Shown in pieces: positions 1 through 17,944 of a DNA stretch of 64,000 nt. This stretch comes from the human T2T-CHM13v2.0 reference genome, Homo sapiens. The notes below the pieces were generated by a model that did not search any database, was not told where the DNA came from, and was given only the letters and a program-made list of their open reading frames with translations. Numbering within the stretch: the first letter of the stretch is position 1; every line of letters starts with the position of its first letter. The stretch lies in assembly GCF_009914755.1 (NCBI RefSeq), contig NC_060943.1. The stretch is one strand, 5' to 3'. A program made the position numbers and the translations under genes.

Positions 1-511
1 GTTAAAACAGCCCTGAGTGAGATAGTATTTTTTATTAATAATGAAGATTGAAGCTTCAGAAATGCAAAATAAATAATCCTGGGCACACAGCTAGAGGAAG
101 GTAACTTAAAGTATTTGAAAGATGTTCTCTAAGACTCTAAAATTATTTTGTTTTAGCTTATATAAAAAATGATTAAGCATTTTTAATTTTCAAAAAATGT
201 AAGTGCATTCTGTCAGGTTTTTCTGAAGAATTTAAATAGAATAGAGTAAAATTATACTTATCAAAAGGTAAACTTTTCTATTAATAGAGCAGTTTAATTT
301 TCACACCCTGAGTAAAATCTTACAAAATTTATTGCAATTTAATCAGAAACTTCTTTCTCACACTGGGAGAGATGACACAAAGATGCAGCTTTCATGTTGG
401 GTGAGAGAAGAAATGATCACCGGAGGTAGATAATTGTTGTTTCACTAATCAATGTTGATTTTTATTGCTATTTTGTCTCAAATTATGTTAATAATGAAGT
501 AATGGCCTTGA

Positions 512-817
<306 letters not shown>

Positions 818-984
818 CCCAAGAACTTTTTTAACAATTTATTTTTAAAATTAGCCAAAATATTATCCATAAGGCAGAAAAATGAAGATATTAACAGTCA
901 TAATTTGTATTTTAAATTAAAATACTTTTAGAAATAAAAAAGAAAAAATATATAAAAACAAATGAAAGAGAAGGAAGTAGGTTA

Positions 985-1202
985 CTCACAATAGCTAAGA
1001 TAGAGAATCAACCTAAGTGTCCATCAACAGGTGAATGGATGAAGAAAATTTCGTGTATTTACACAATGGACTGCTATTCAGCCCTTAAAAATAAAGAAAT
1101 CTTGTTATTTGCAACAACGTTGATGAATCTGGAGGACATTAGGCTAAGTAAAAAGAGCCGGCACAAAGAAAAAAGGGAAACAAAAACATACCACATGATC
1201 TC
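985..1202 (+). mobile_element. Old L1 (L1M/L1MB-like) 3' fragment, host of the RPL34 retrocopy; resumes about 1619-1660 and 2270-2330
   Basis: aatcaacctaagtgtccatcaacaggtgaatggatgaagaaaa...atgaatctggaggacattaggctaagt resembles the L1 ORF2 end/3'UTR. Confidence 0.75.
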
Positions 1203-1618
1203 GTTTTTTTTTTCTCAAAAAAGTTTCAATTTTATTTAGCTTTGTGACTTTGTACTTGTGCCTTCAACACTTTCACAACGATTTTCTGCTCCCCGATAAG
1301 GAAAGCACGCTTGATCCTGCCACGAACACATTTAGCACACATGGAACCACCATAGGCCCTGCTGACATGTTTCTTTCTTTTTGACAATTTCATAAGAACT
1401 TTAGGTCTTACAGCACGAACCCCTCGAAGTCTTCCTGGGCACATGCCACTTGCAGATCTTGGTGCTTTCCCAACCTTCTTGGTATAAAGGTAAACAATTC
1501 TATTACCAGGGGTTCGGGGCAGTCTAGTTTTGTTGGACGCTGTATTGTAGGAAAGCCTACATTGGTATGTCAAACGCTGGACCATTCTGAGTGCCTACAG
1601 ACAACGTCACTGGAAGAG
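1203..1618 (-). pseudogene. RPL34 (eL34) processed retrocopy; uninterrupted 117-aa ORF at 1232-1585
   Basis: ORF MVQRLTY...[10 protein letters not shown] matches ribosomal protein L34; no introns; AATAAA overlaps the stop; poly(A) remnant 1204-1213; TSD ccacatgatctc at 1191-1202 and 1619-1630. Confidence 0.95.
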
Positions 1619-1663
1619 CCACATGATCTCATTTCTCTGTAAAGTAGAAAAAAATTCTAATTC

Positions 1664-2322
<659 letters not shown>

Positions 2323-3339
2323 TCAAAGGTAATGGGTCTTTCCTATATCTCTTACTTTAATAAATAAGTTATTCTTTTCTCAGTTTTGATTCACCAGGGA
2401 ATTGTGTCATATCCTGAAGAATCAAAACGGGAAGAATAATATATTAATTAAAGCAATGCAAGTTGTATACTAAAATTTCAGAGGCTTAGTAAAATAATAT
2501 ATTTTATGGTCACATAACAATTTTTTTCTCATTAAGAGGACTTCTATATGATCTTTCAGGGATCATATCTTCTTTCATCTTCTTTCTGCGTCCTTCTCTT
2601 TCTTCAGCCAATGGATGAAAAAATAGATGCAGAGAAGACACATTTGGTTCTTATTCACACTTCACTTCCACTCACTATTAGTCAGTGTGGATAGAGCCGA
2701 GAATAGCAGTTTCCTGGCAGGACAGCCACTTCTCAGCAATAAACAACACACTGAAAGAAAAGTATATATCTTTCATCAAAAGCTAATGGATTTTAAGCAA
2801 AATAAGCATATGCATCAATAATAAAATGCTTGTGGTAAAATAAAGATGAATTTTATTGATTTCTATTGAGTTCCGGTAATATTTGACCAAAAGCTAGCAA
2901 ATATACAGCAAAAAAAGGAATATTATTTGAAATAAGAATATTGTGAATTAAGTTATCCTGTCAACAGAAGTAAAAATATTATGGCATCATACTAATAATT
3001 TCATCTATAGTTGTACAACATCAAATGCTTTTTATTAAAAACTGTATTTTATATCAATATTCCATTTATATCACCCTCGTTCACTATTTCAATGCCGTCT
3101 CCACTTTATATCAGTGGAAACAGGCCGGCCTGCTCAAGGAGAGCACGTGGTGCCATTGCTATGTTAATGACGATGATGAAGAGAACTTGTTTGGGTGGTG
3201 CTCAAAGTACTGGTTTTCTGTTTTTCTCTACATTTACAAATAAAATAAAATTCTTAGCTAAAAAGACTCTATCTCATTGAAATATGTTTTATGAAATTTG
3301 GTTGACATTTAAGTGCCACTGATTTATCTGGAATATTGA

Positions 3340-4072
<733 letters not shown>

Positions 4073-4759
4073 CGATCATGAAATTTTTATAATATGAAAG
4101 AAATGTGTTAATCATGTTCCTAGTAATCACTTTAAACACAGCATTATCAGTTCCCAGTATTCACCCTGAGTCACTCAGGGGAAATTGTATTAAACAATTA
4201 ATATTAAAGTGTTTAAAGTTTAATATTATATCACAGCATGGAATCCTCTAAAATGAGTTCATTATTAATAAATTCATTATGTTTTCGAGGTTTTTCAATT
4301 GTGAAAACAAATAATAAGATATGCTTTTTCATGATAAGCTCAATTCTAGGAAGTTACCCACTGGTCTCCACGTTATTTCTGTAATGTGTAGTGTAACACT
4401 GGGCCACCAGAATGGTGCAGATATGCTGATTTAATGAGAATAAAAATGAGTACAGCCTCCTTGGCTGACTATTGCTATCCCAGAGGCTGATCATTCACTA
4501 CAACTTAGTAAATGCTGCTCCATCATGCCAGTGAGCCCTTTCAACCAGGTTGCCCTTTTCCTCCCATTGATTTGCTCATGTTGTGGTCTCCTCTCTTTAT
4601 CTTAAGCTATCCCAGATGAGAGGTGATTATTTCTTGAATGAAGGATATCCCCTTTTTATCTCTGTCATGAGATCCTCCCTTCCTTCCTACTGGAAGCAAC
4701 ATGTGGGAGGCAGGAATGATGATAATATACAAGTATATTTTCTTCCATGTGGTCACCAT

Positions 4760-5040
4760 AAGCAGCTTACATGTTCCACGTAGAAGTCACTCACTTCCAG
4801 GCCAGCAGGGTGGTTTTTCTACGATGTGTCTCTTTCTCATAAAAGCACCTCTGACTAAGTTTAGCCCAATCAGGATAATCTTCCTTTTGATGAACAGAAC
4901 ATATTAGCAGCCTAATTTCATGAGTGATTTTCCACCACAGTAAGTCACATTTTTTTTACACTCCAAAGGAGAGGATTACACAGCTGGTGTGCAACAGACT
5001 GGGAATCCTGGTGATCATCTTAGAATTTTGCCTACCCACC
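4760..5040. mobile_element. MaLR LTR fragment (MLT1-like)
   Basis: aaaggagaggattacacag...gggaatcctggtgatcatcttagaattttgcctacc resembles an MLT1F/G terminus (recall). Confidence 0.5.
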
Positions 5041-5284
5041 TGCATAGACTATTAAAGTAGTTTTGAAGTTTCTTTTGTTATCTAAGTAAACAAAGATATC
5101 ATTTGCAAATAATAATTAACTACCTTCCCATTTTATTACAAATATTAACATCTTTTTTCTGGCTTATTTCTTTTTCATGTACCATTTTATACATTTACAC
5201 TCATATATAACAATGAAAATGTATTCAACTATTCAATTGAATACAATTGAAGCATATCAATCATTTTATTAAAAATGATTGTTA

Positions 5285-5602
<318 letters not shown>

Positions 5603-5837
5603 TCAGCCATAAAAAGGGATAAATCCAGCCCTTTAAAACAATATAGATAAATTTGGAAGACATTATGCTAGCTGAAATAAGACTGACACAAAAAGACAAA
5701 TACTGCATGATCTCATTTACATCTAGAATTTAATAAATTCTACCTCAAAAAAGCAGAAAGTGGAATAATGGTTACTGGAAGCTGGGTGTGGTGGGAAGGA
5801 AATAGGAAGTTGTTGATCAAAGGGTACAAGGTTTTAA

Positions 5838-6286
<449 letters not shown>

Positions 6287-6779
6287 AAGTACTTTATTTC
6301 AAAATAACTAAATTTCAAATGTATCACCACAAAAAAATGATTGGTAAGCAAGTTGATATGTTATTAAACTCGACTTATATCATATATATGCATATATTGA
6401 AACATCACATTTTACGCCATAAATTATACAACTCTGATTTGCCAATCAAAAATACTATTAATATTGGGTTTTTTTAAATGAGAGAAACTTTAAGAAATTG
6501 CACCAGAGAAAAAAGTGTTCATTCATTTTAAAATTTCAGAAAACATATACATATTTTATTTCAATGGCTTGCTCAGTTAGTGATGTAAGTTAGTAAACTT
6601 TTAAAACTATGAATAGTCTGAACCAACACTCAAATAAAGTATGTTGATTTTTAATATTCAAAATAATATACCTTAAAAGACAGACTCTAAACAACTGGAG
6701 TAAAACCTCTCTAAATTTGTAAATAAATAATTTTTTTCACTTGTTAGACAAAAAAAGTTCTTTAAATATATATATTTTA

Positions 6780-7119
<340 letters not shown>

Positions 7120-7459
7120 TCACAAGTTTATTAAACAAGTAATGAAACAATTTGCTTCATTCTCTAATTATAAAACTGACACTCAGCATTTAAGTGGTTG
7201 TATGTCTAGTGTTACTAGTGTACTAGACAGCAATTCTCAATGAGACATTTTTTCATAATATTTATATCCATGCTGTATGTGAATATATGGGAATTTGCCA
7301 AGGATAGTGTTAGAAACATTCAACTACTATTATAGCCCCAGATGGAAGAATTAGAATGAACATGGGTTACAAGCCAGTGGTATGGCCATCTTGTTTTCAG
7401 GCTTAACATTTGTCATGATCTAACAGAATCAACAAATAAGAGCTAATAAACTTCCTGTA

Positions 7460-7685
7460 CACTAGCTATGTGCTGGGCATTTTTATGGCTCCTTTATTTG
7501 CATTAACTGCTTTAATTTTACCAAAACCCTAGGATTTAGGCCCTATTATCCTCACTGTACAGCTGAAGAGTCATGCACAGAGAGGCAAGAAACTGTGTTT
7601 AGGTCATATAACCGTTAAGTGGCCGAACTGGGATGCAGTCAGGAACAACCAAACACTGAGTTTCAATTTTAACCATTATGCTCAA
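7460..7685. mobile_element. MIR remnant
   Basis: ctattatcctcactgtacagctgaagag...gcacagagagg...gccgaactgggat resembles the MIR core. Confidence 0.55.
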
Positions 7686-7837
7686 CCCCACCTCAACCAA
7701 TGTTTGTTTTTATTCTTGACCTAATATTTTGGCTTTAAATTTTAAATTTAATAGAAATACATAGGAATTTAAAAACCACTTCTTTTTACCATAGGTAGTA
7801 TTTACAAATCGATTTTTGGTTTAAAGTACTCATTACT

Positions 7838-8352
<515 letters not shown>

Positions 8353-8973
8353 TTAAGAATATTAAGTCTTCTCAGTGAATAAAATAGATTGAAATTACTG
8401 ATTAGTCACTTATAATGCAGCATTAAATGTTATTTAATAAATACTTGAAGCTTTTTAAACTCATTTTAACAACTTCTATTGCTATTTCACTTTTATTAGA
8501 AAGAAATATTAACATTTACATTACTTACAGGCCTCTGAATTTTATTCAAATCTAAACATAGTGCTAATTTTAGGAGATCTGTATGATTAGGATTATGGAA
8601 AGCCTTTCCTTTATTTACAAGTAGAAGATAAATAACTGCTTTCCAGTAAACACAAAGAAGCAAATTTGATTCACAAAAGCTATTAAAATATTAATACTAT
8701 CATCTAGATGAAACTTTTAGGTATCTGCATTTTCAAGTTGTTTAACACATAACAATTCAGAAACTAGTTTTTATGAAATATAAATAACTAAAAATATAAA
8801 GTTATCAATTTTTTTCAGTTTTGAAATACTGTCATTATTTCCAGTTGACATAACATTAAATTTCAGAGCTGTGGCTGTTGAAACTAGGAAGTCATGGTTG
8901 ACTCTGCTTTACTTGCTGCCTTCTTATTTCACACAAACACAGCAGCCCAAAGATCAGAAATGTTACACCTTTA

Positions 8974-9388
<415 letters not shown>

Positions 9389-12300
9389 TGAAGCAAATAT
9401 AGAATCAAAAAAATTCTAAAAATTCCTTCTGACCGATTATTGTTTTTTCCTGAGAATGATTGTGATGGAATGGTTGCAGCAGTGTGGTTTTAACACACAA
9501 TCTCTGTTTCATCATTCTTCAGCTATGGTCATAAGACTTCTATGCTTTTTTAAAGAAAAATATTTTCTCTTGTTAACTCAGTAATTTACATGATCTTCAC
9601 AGCCTCATATTTTCAAAAATAGTTCATTCTTTAAAAAAAGAAAAGTAATTAAATCACCTACCACTTTTCCTCAAAAAGAGTAACAAATTAATCATATAGT
9701 CTAGTGTATAGTTAATACATAAAAAATACAGGTGTAGAGTCATCTTTTTTAAAATTATACTTCAAGTTCTATGGTACGCGTGCATGTTTGTTACATATGT
9801 ATACATGTGCCATGTTGGTGTGCTGCACCCATTAACTTGTCATTTACATTAGGTATATCTCCTAATGCTATACCTCCCCCTTCCCCACACCCCACAACAG
9901 ACCCCGGTGTGTGATGTTCCCCACTGTGTCCAAGTGTTCTCATTCTTCAATTCCCACCTATGAGTGAGAACATGCGGTGCTTGGATTTCTGTCCTTGTGA
10001 TTGTTTGCTCAGAATGATGGTTTCCAGCTTCATCCATGTCCCTACAATGGACATGACCTCATCCATTTTTATGGCTGCACAGTATTCCATGGTGTGTATG
10101 TGCCACATTTTCTTAATTCAGTCTACAATTGATGGACATTTGGATTGGTTCCAACTCTTTGCTATTGTGAATAGTGCTGCAATAAGCATACTTGTGCATG
10201 TGTCTTTATAGCAGCATGATTTATAATCCTTTGGGTATATACCTAGTAATGGGATGGCTGGGTCAAATGGTAGTTCTAGTTCTAGATCCTTGAGGAATCA
10301 CCACACTGTCATCTGCAATGGTTGAACTAGTTTACAGTCCCACCACCAGTGTAAAAGTGTTCCTATTTCTCCACAGCCTCTCCAGCACCTGTTGTTTCCT
10401 GACCTTATCATTATTATCATTATACTTTAAGTTCTATGGTACATGTGCACAATATGGTTTGTTACATATGTATAAATGTGCCATGTTGGCATGCTGCACC
10501 AGTTAACTCATCATTTACATTAGGTATATCTCCTAATGCTATCCCTCCCAGCTCCCATCACCCCACGACAGGCTCCAGTGTGTGATGTTCCCCACCCTGT
10601 GTCCAAGTGTTCTCATTCTTCAATTCCCACCTATAAGTGAGAACATGTGGTGTTTGGTTTTCTGTCCTTCTGATAGTTTGCTCAGAATGGTTTCCAGCTT
10701 CATCCATGTCCCTATAAAGGACATGAACGTGTCCTTTTTTATGGCTGCATAGTATTCCATGGTGTATATGTGCCACATTTTCTTAATCCAGTCTATCATT
10801 GATGGACATCTGGATTGGCTCCAAGTCTTTGCTGTTGTGAATAGTGCCGCAATACACATATGTGTGCATGTGTCTTTATACCAGCATGATTTATAATCCT
10901 TTGGGTATATACCCAGTAATGGGATGACTTGGTCAAATGGTAGTTCTAGTTCTAGATCCTTGAGGAATCGCCACACTGTCTTCCACAATGGTTGAACTAG
11001 TTTACACTCCCACCAACACCGAAAAGTGTTCCTAATTCTCCACATCCTCTCCAGCACCTGTTGTTTCCTGATATTATTATTATTATATTTTAAATTCCAT
11101 GGTACATGTGCACAACGTGCAGGTTTGTTACATATGTATACATGTGCCATGTTGGCATGCTGCACCCATTAACTCGTCATTTACATTAGGTACATCTCCT
11201 AATGCTATGCCTCGACACTCCCCCCTCCCCATGACAGGCCACGGTGTGTGACATCCCCCATCCTGTGTCCAAGTGTTCACATTGTTCAATTCCCACCTAT
11301 GAGTGAGAACATGTGGTGTTTGGTTTTCTGTCCTTGCAACAGTTTGCTGAGAATGATGTTTCCAGCTTCATCCATGTCCCTACAAATGACATGAACTCAT
11401 CCTTTTTTATGGCTGCAGAGTATTCCATGGTGTATATGTGCCACATTTTCTTAATCCAGTCTATCATTGATGGACATATGGGTTGGTTCCAAGTCTTTGC
11501 TATTGTGAATAGTGCCACAATAAACATATGTGTGCATGTGTCTTTATACCAGCATGATTTATAATCCTTTGGGTATATACCCAGTAATGGGATGGCTGGG
11601 TCAAATGGTAATTGAGGAATCGCAACACTGTCTTCTGCAATGGTTGAACTAGTTTACACTCCCACCAATAGTGTAAAAGTGTTCCTATTTCTCCACATCC
11701 TCTCCAGCACCTGTCTTTTCCTGACTTTTTAATGATTGCCATTCTAACTGGTGTGAGATGGTATCTCATTGTGGTTTTGATTTGCATTTCTCTGGTGGCC
11801 AGTGATGATGAGCATTTTTTCATGTGTCTGTTGGCTGCATAAATGTCTTCTTCTGAAAAGTGTCTGTTCATGTCCTTCACCCACTTTTTGATGGGGTTGA
11901 TTTTTTTTCTTGTAAATTTAAGTTCTTTGTAGATTCTGGATATTAGCCCTTTGTCAGATGAGTAGATTGTAAAAATTTTCTCCCATTCTGTAAGCTGCCT
12001 GTTCACTCTGATGGTGTTTTCTTTTGCTGTGCAGAAGCTCTTTAGTTTAATTAGATCCCATTTGTCAATTTTGGCTTTTGTTGCTATTGCTTTTGGTGTT
12101 TTGGTCATGAAGTCCTTGCCCATGCCCATGTCCTGAATGGTATTACCTAGGTTTTTCTCTAGGGTTTTTATGGTTTTACGTCTAACATTTAAGTCTTTAA
12201 TCCATCTTGAATTATTTGTTGTATAAGGTGTAAGGAAGGGATCCAGTTTCAGCTTTCTACATATGGCTAGCCAGTTTTCCCAGCACCATTTATTAAATAG

Positions 12301-14052
12301 GGAATGCTTTCCCTACTTCTTGTTTTCATCAGGTTTGTCAAAGATCAGACGCTTGTGATGTGTGGTATTATTTCTGAAGGCTCTGTTCTGTTCCATTGGT
12401 CTATATCTCTGTTTTGGTACTAGTACCTTGTTGTTTTGGTTACTGTAGCCTTGTAGTATAGTTTGATGTCAGGTAGCATGATGCCTCCAGCTTTGTTCTT
12501 TTGGCTTAGGATTGTCTTGGCAATGTGGGCTCTATTTTGGTTCCATATGAACTTTAAAGTAGTTTTTTCCAATTCTGTGCAGAAAGTCATTGGTAGCTTG
12601 ATGGGTATGGCATTGAATCTATAAATTACTTTGGGCAGTATGGCCATTTTCACGATATTGATTCTTCCTATCCATGAGCCTAGAATGTTCTTCCATTTGT
12701 TTGTGTCCTCTTTTATTTCATTGAGCAGTGGTTTGTAGTTTTCCTTGAAGAGGTCCTTCACATCCCCTGTAAGTTGGATTCCTAGGTATTTTATTCCCTT
12801 TGAAGCAATTGTGAATGAGATTTCACTCATGATTTGGCTGTTCGTCTGTTAATGGTGTATAGGAATGCTTGTGATTTCTGTACATTAGTATCCTGAGACT
12901 CTGCTGAAGTTGCTTATCAGCTTAAGGAGATTTTGGGCTGAGACCAATATACAATCATGTCATCTGCAAACAGGGACAATTTGACTTCCTTGTTTCCTAT
13001 TTGAATACACATTATTTCTTTCTCTTGCCTGATTGCCCAGGCCAGAAATTCCAACACTAAGCTGAATAAGAGTGGTGAGAGAGGGCATTCCTGTCTTGTG
13101 CCAGTTTTCAAAGGGAATGCTTCCAGTTTTTGCCCATTCAGTATGATATTGGCTGTGGGTTTGTCACAAATAGCTCTTATTTTGAGATACGTCCCATCAA
13201 TACCTAGTTGATTGAGAGTTTTTAGCATGAAGGGCTGTTGAATTTTGTCAAAAGTCTTTTCTGCATGTATTGAGATAATCATGTGGTTTTTGTCTTTGGT
13301 TCTGTTTATATGATGGATTACATTTATTGATTTACATATGATGAACCAGCCTTGCATCCCAGGGATGAAACTAACTTGATCGTGGTGGATAAGCTTTTTG
13401 ATGTGCTGCTGGATTCGTTTAGCCAGTATTTTATTGAGGATTTTTGCATCGATGTTCATCAGGGATAATGGTCTAAATTCTTTTTTGTTGTGTCTGTCAG
13501 GCTTTGGTATCAGGATGCTGCTGACCTCATAAAATGAGTTAGGGAGGATTCCCTCTTTTTCTATTGATTGGAACAGTTTCAGAAGGAATGGTACCAGCTC
13601 CTCTTTGTACCTCTGGTAGAATTCGGCTGTGAATCCATCTGGTCCTGGACTTTTTTTTATTGGTAGGCTATTAATTATTGCCTCAATTTCAGAGCCAGTT
13701 ATTAGTCTACTCAGGGATTCAACTTCTTCCTGGTTTAGTCTTGGGAGGGTGCATGTGTCCAGGAATTTATCCATTTCTTCTAGATTTTCTAGTTTATTTG
13801 TGTAGAGGTGTTCATAGTATTCTCTGATGGTAGTTTGTATTTCTGTGGGATCTGTGGTGATATCGCCTTTATCATCTTTTATTGCATCTACTCTCTTTTC
13901 TTATTAGTCTTGCTAGCGGTCTATCAATTTTGTTGATCTTTTCAAAAAACCAGCTCCTGGATTCATTGATTTTTTTAAAGGGTTTTTTGTGTCTCTATCT
14001 CCTTTAATTCTGCTCTGATCTTAGTTCTTTCTTGACTTCTGCTAACTTTTGA

Positions 14053-14368
<316 letters not shown>

Positions 14369-15613
14369 GCTTCTCTAGTTCTTTTAATTGTGACATTAGG
14401 GTGTCAATTTTAGATCTTTCCTGCTTTCTCTTGTGGGCATTTAGTTCTATAAATTTCCCTCTACACACTGCTTTAAATGTGACCCAGAGATTCTGGTCTG
14501 CTGTGTCTTTGTTCTCGTTTGTTTCAAAGAACATCTTTATTTCTGCCTAAATTTTGTTATGTACCCAGCAGTCATTCAGGAGCAGGTTGTTCAGTTTCCA
14601 TGTAGTTGAGCAGTTTTAAGTGAGTTTCTTAATCCTGAGTTCTAGTTTGATTGCACTGTGGTCTGAGAGACAGTTTGTTATAATTTCTATTCTTTTACAT
14701 TTGCTGAGGAGTGCTTTACTTCCAACTATGTGGTCAGTTTTGGAATAAGTGTGACGTAGTGTTGAGAAGAATGTATATTCCGTTGATTTGGGGCGGAGAG
14801 TTCTGTAGATGTCTATTAGGTATGCTTGGTGGAGAGCTGAGTTCAATTCCTGGATATCCTTGTTAACTTTCTGTCTCATTGATCTGTCTAATGTCAACAG
14901 GGGGGTGTTAAAGACTCCCATTATTGTGTGGGAGTCTAAGTCTCTTTGTAGGTCTCTAAGGACTTGCTTTATGAATATGGGTGCTCCTGTATTGGGTGCA
15001 TATATATTTATGATAGTTAGCTCTTCTAATTGCATTGATCCCTTTACCATTATGTAATGGCCTTCTTTGTCTCTATTGCTCTTTGTTGGTTTAAAGTCTG
15101 TTTCATCAGAGACTAGGATTGCAACCCCTGCTTTTTTTGTTTGTTTTCCATTTGCTTGGTAGATCTTCCTCCATCCCTTTATTTTGAGCCTATGTGTGTC
15201 TCTGCAGGTGAGATGGGTCTCCTGAATACAGCACACTGATGGGTCTTGACTCTTTATCCAATCTGCCAGTCTGTGTCTTTTAATTGGGGCATTTATCCCA
15301 TTTACATTTAAGGTTAATATTGTAATTTGATCCTGTCATTATGATGTTAGCTGGTTATTTTGCTGGTTAGTTGATGCAGTTTCTGCCTAGCATTGATGGT
15401 CTTTACAATTCGGCATGTTTTTGCAGTGGCTGATACCGGTTGTTCCTTTCCATGTTTAGTGCTTCATTCAGGAGCTCTTGTAAGGCAGGCCTGGTAGCGA
15501 CAAAATCTCTCAGCATTTGTTTGTCTGTAAAGGATTTTATTTCTCCTTCACTTATGAAGCTTAGCTTGGCTGGATATGAAATTCTGGGCTGAAAATTCTT
15601 TTGAGAATGTTCA

Positions 15614-16298
<685 letters not shown>

Positions 16299-17944
16299 TC
16301 ATTTCTTTTTACTCTTTTTTCTCTAAATTTCTCACTTCATTTCATTCATTTGATCTTTGATCACTGATACTTTCTTCTACTTGATCAAATCAGCTACTGA
16401 AGCTTGTGCATGTGTCAGTCACGTAGTTCTCTTGCCATGGTTTTCAGCTCCATCAGGTCATTTAAGGTCTTCTCTATGCTGTTTATTCTAGTTAGCCATT
16501 TGTCTAATCTTTTTTCAAGGTTTTTAGCTTCTTTGTGATGGGTTGAAACATCCTCCTTTAGCTCAAAGTTTATTACTACCCATCGTCTGAAGTCTTCTTC
16601 TCTCAACTCGTGAAAGTCATTCTCCATCCAACTTTGTTCCGTTGCTGGCAAGGAGCTGCTTTCCTTTGGAGGAGAAGAGGCACTGTGGTTTTTAGAATTT
16701 TCAGCTTTTCTGCTCTGGTTTCTCCCCATCTTTGTGGGTTTTATCTACCTTTGGTCTTTGATGATGGTGACGTACAGATGGGGTTTTGGTGTGGATGTCC
16801 TTTCTGTTTGTTAGTTTTCCTTCTAATAGTCAGGACCCTCAGCTGCAGGTCTGTTGGAGTTTGCCTGGGTATCACCAGCGGAGGCTGCAGAACAGCAAAT
16901 ATTGCAGAATAGCAAACGTTGCTGCCTGATCCTTCCTCTGGAAGCTTCGTCTCAGAGGGGCACCCGGCCATATAAGCTGTCAGTCAGTCCCTACTGGGAG
17001 GTGTTGCCTAGTTAGGCTACTTGGGGGTCAAGGACCCACTTGAGGAGGCAGTCTGTCCATTCTCAGATCTCAAACTCTGTGCTGGGAGAACCACTACTCT
17101 CTTCAAAGCTGTCAGACAGGGACGTTTAAGTCTGCAGAAGTTTCTGCTGCCTTTTTTTTGGCTATGCCTTGGCCCCAGAGGTGGGAGTCTACAGAGGCAG
17201 GCAGGCCTCCTTGAGCTGCAATAGGCTCCACCCAGTTTGAGCTTCCCAGCCACTTTACGTACTGAAGCCTCAGCAACGACGGATGCCCCTTCCCCAGCCT
17301 CACTACAGCCTTGCAGTTTGATCTGACTTCTGTGCTAGCAGTGAGCGAGGCTTCGTGGGCACAGGACCCTCCAAGCCATACGTGGGATATAATCTCCTGG
17401 TGTGCCATTTGCTAAGACCATTGGAAAAGCACAGTATTAGGGTAGGAGTGTCCCAATTTTCCACATACCATCTGTCATGGCTTCCCTTGGCTAGGAAAGG
17501 GAATTCCCCAACCCCTTGCGCTTCCTGGGTGAGGTGATGCCCCGCCCTGCTTCGGCTCACTCTCCGTGGGCTGCACCCACTGTCCAACAAGCCCCAGTGA
17601 GATGAACCCAGTACCTCAGTTGGAAATGCAGAAAATCACCCGTCTTCTGTGTCACTCAAGCTGGGAGCTGTAGACTGGAGCTGTTCCTATTTGGCCATCT
17701 TGGAACCTCCCTTAAATCCAGAGTCATCTATTTTAACTGCACACTTGGGAATAAAAGACATCTTGGGCTATAGGCCAAGAGCTTTCAGAGAAGATAGCTT
17801 ACAAAATGTGGGGCGACTGGGTATAGAAACATTTACCCCTATGCCTTAAGGAGTAAATAATTCTTTCACTGCTAATTCCAACTATTAACTTGGAACTACA
17901 GAAATATAACATTTCATTGCACCACAAAACATCTTGTTATTTCT

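Noticed and set aside
3170-3260. Possible C/D box snoRNA (atgatga)
   Set aside because: No CTGA D box or terminal stem at a suitable distance
10620-11165. 181-aa ORF joining L1 3'UTR to the ORF2 C-terminus
   Set aside because: By-product of the tandem junction; no promoter or expression evidence
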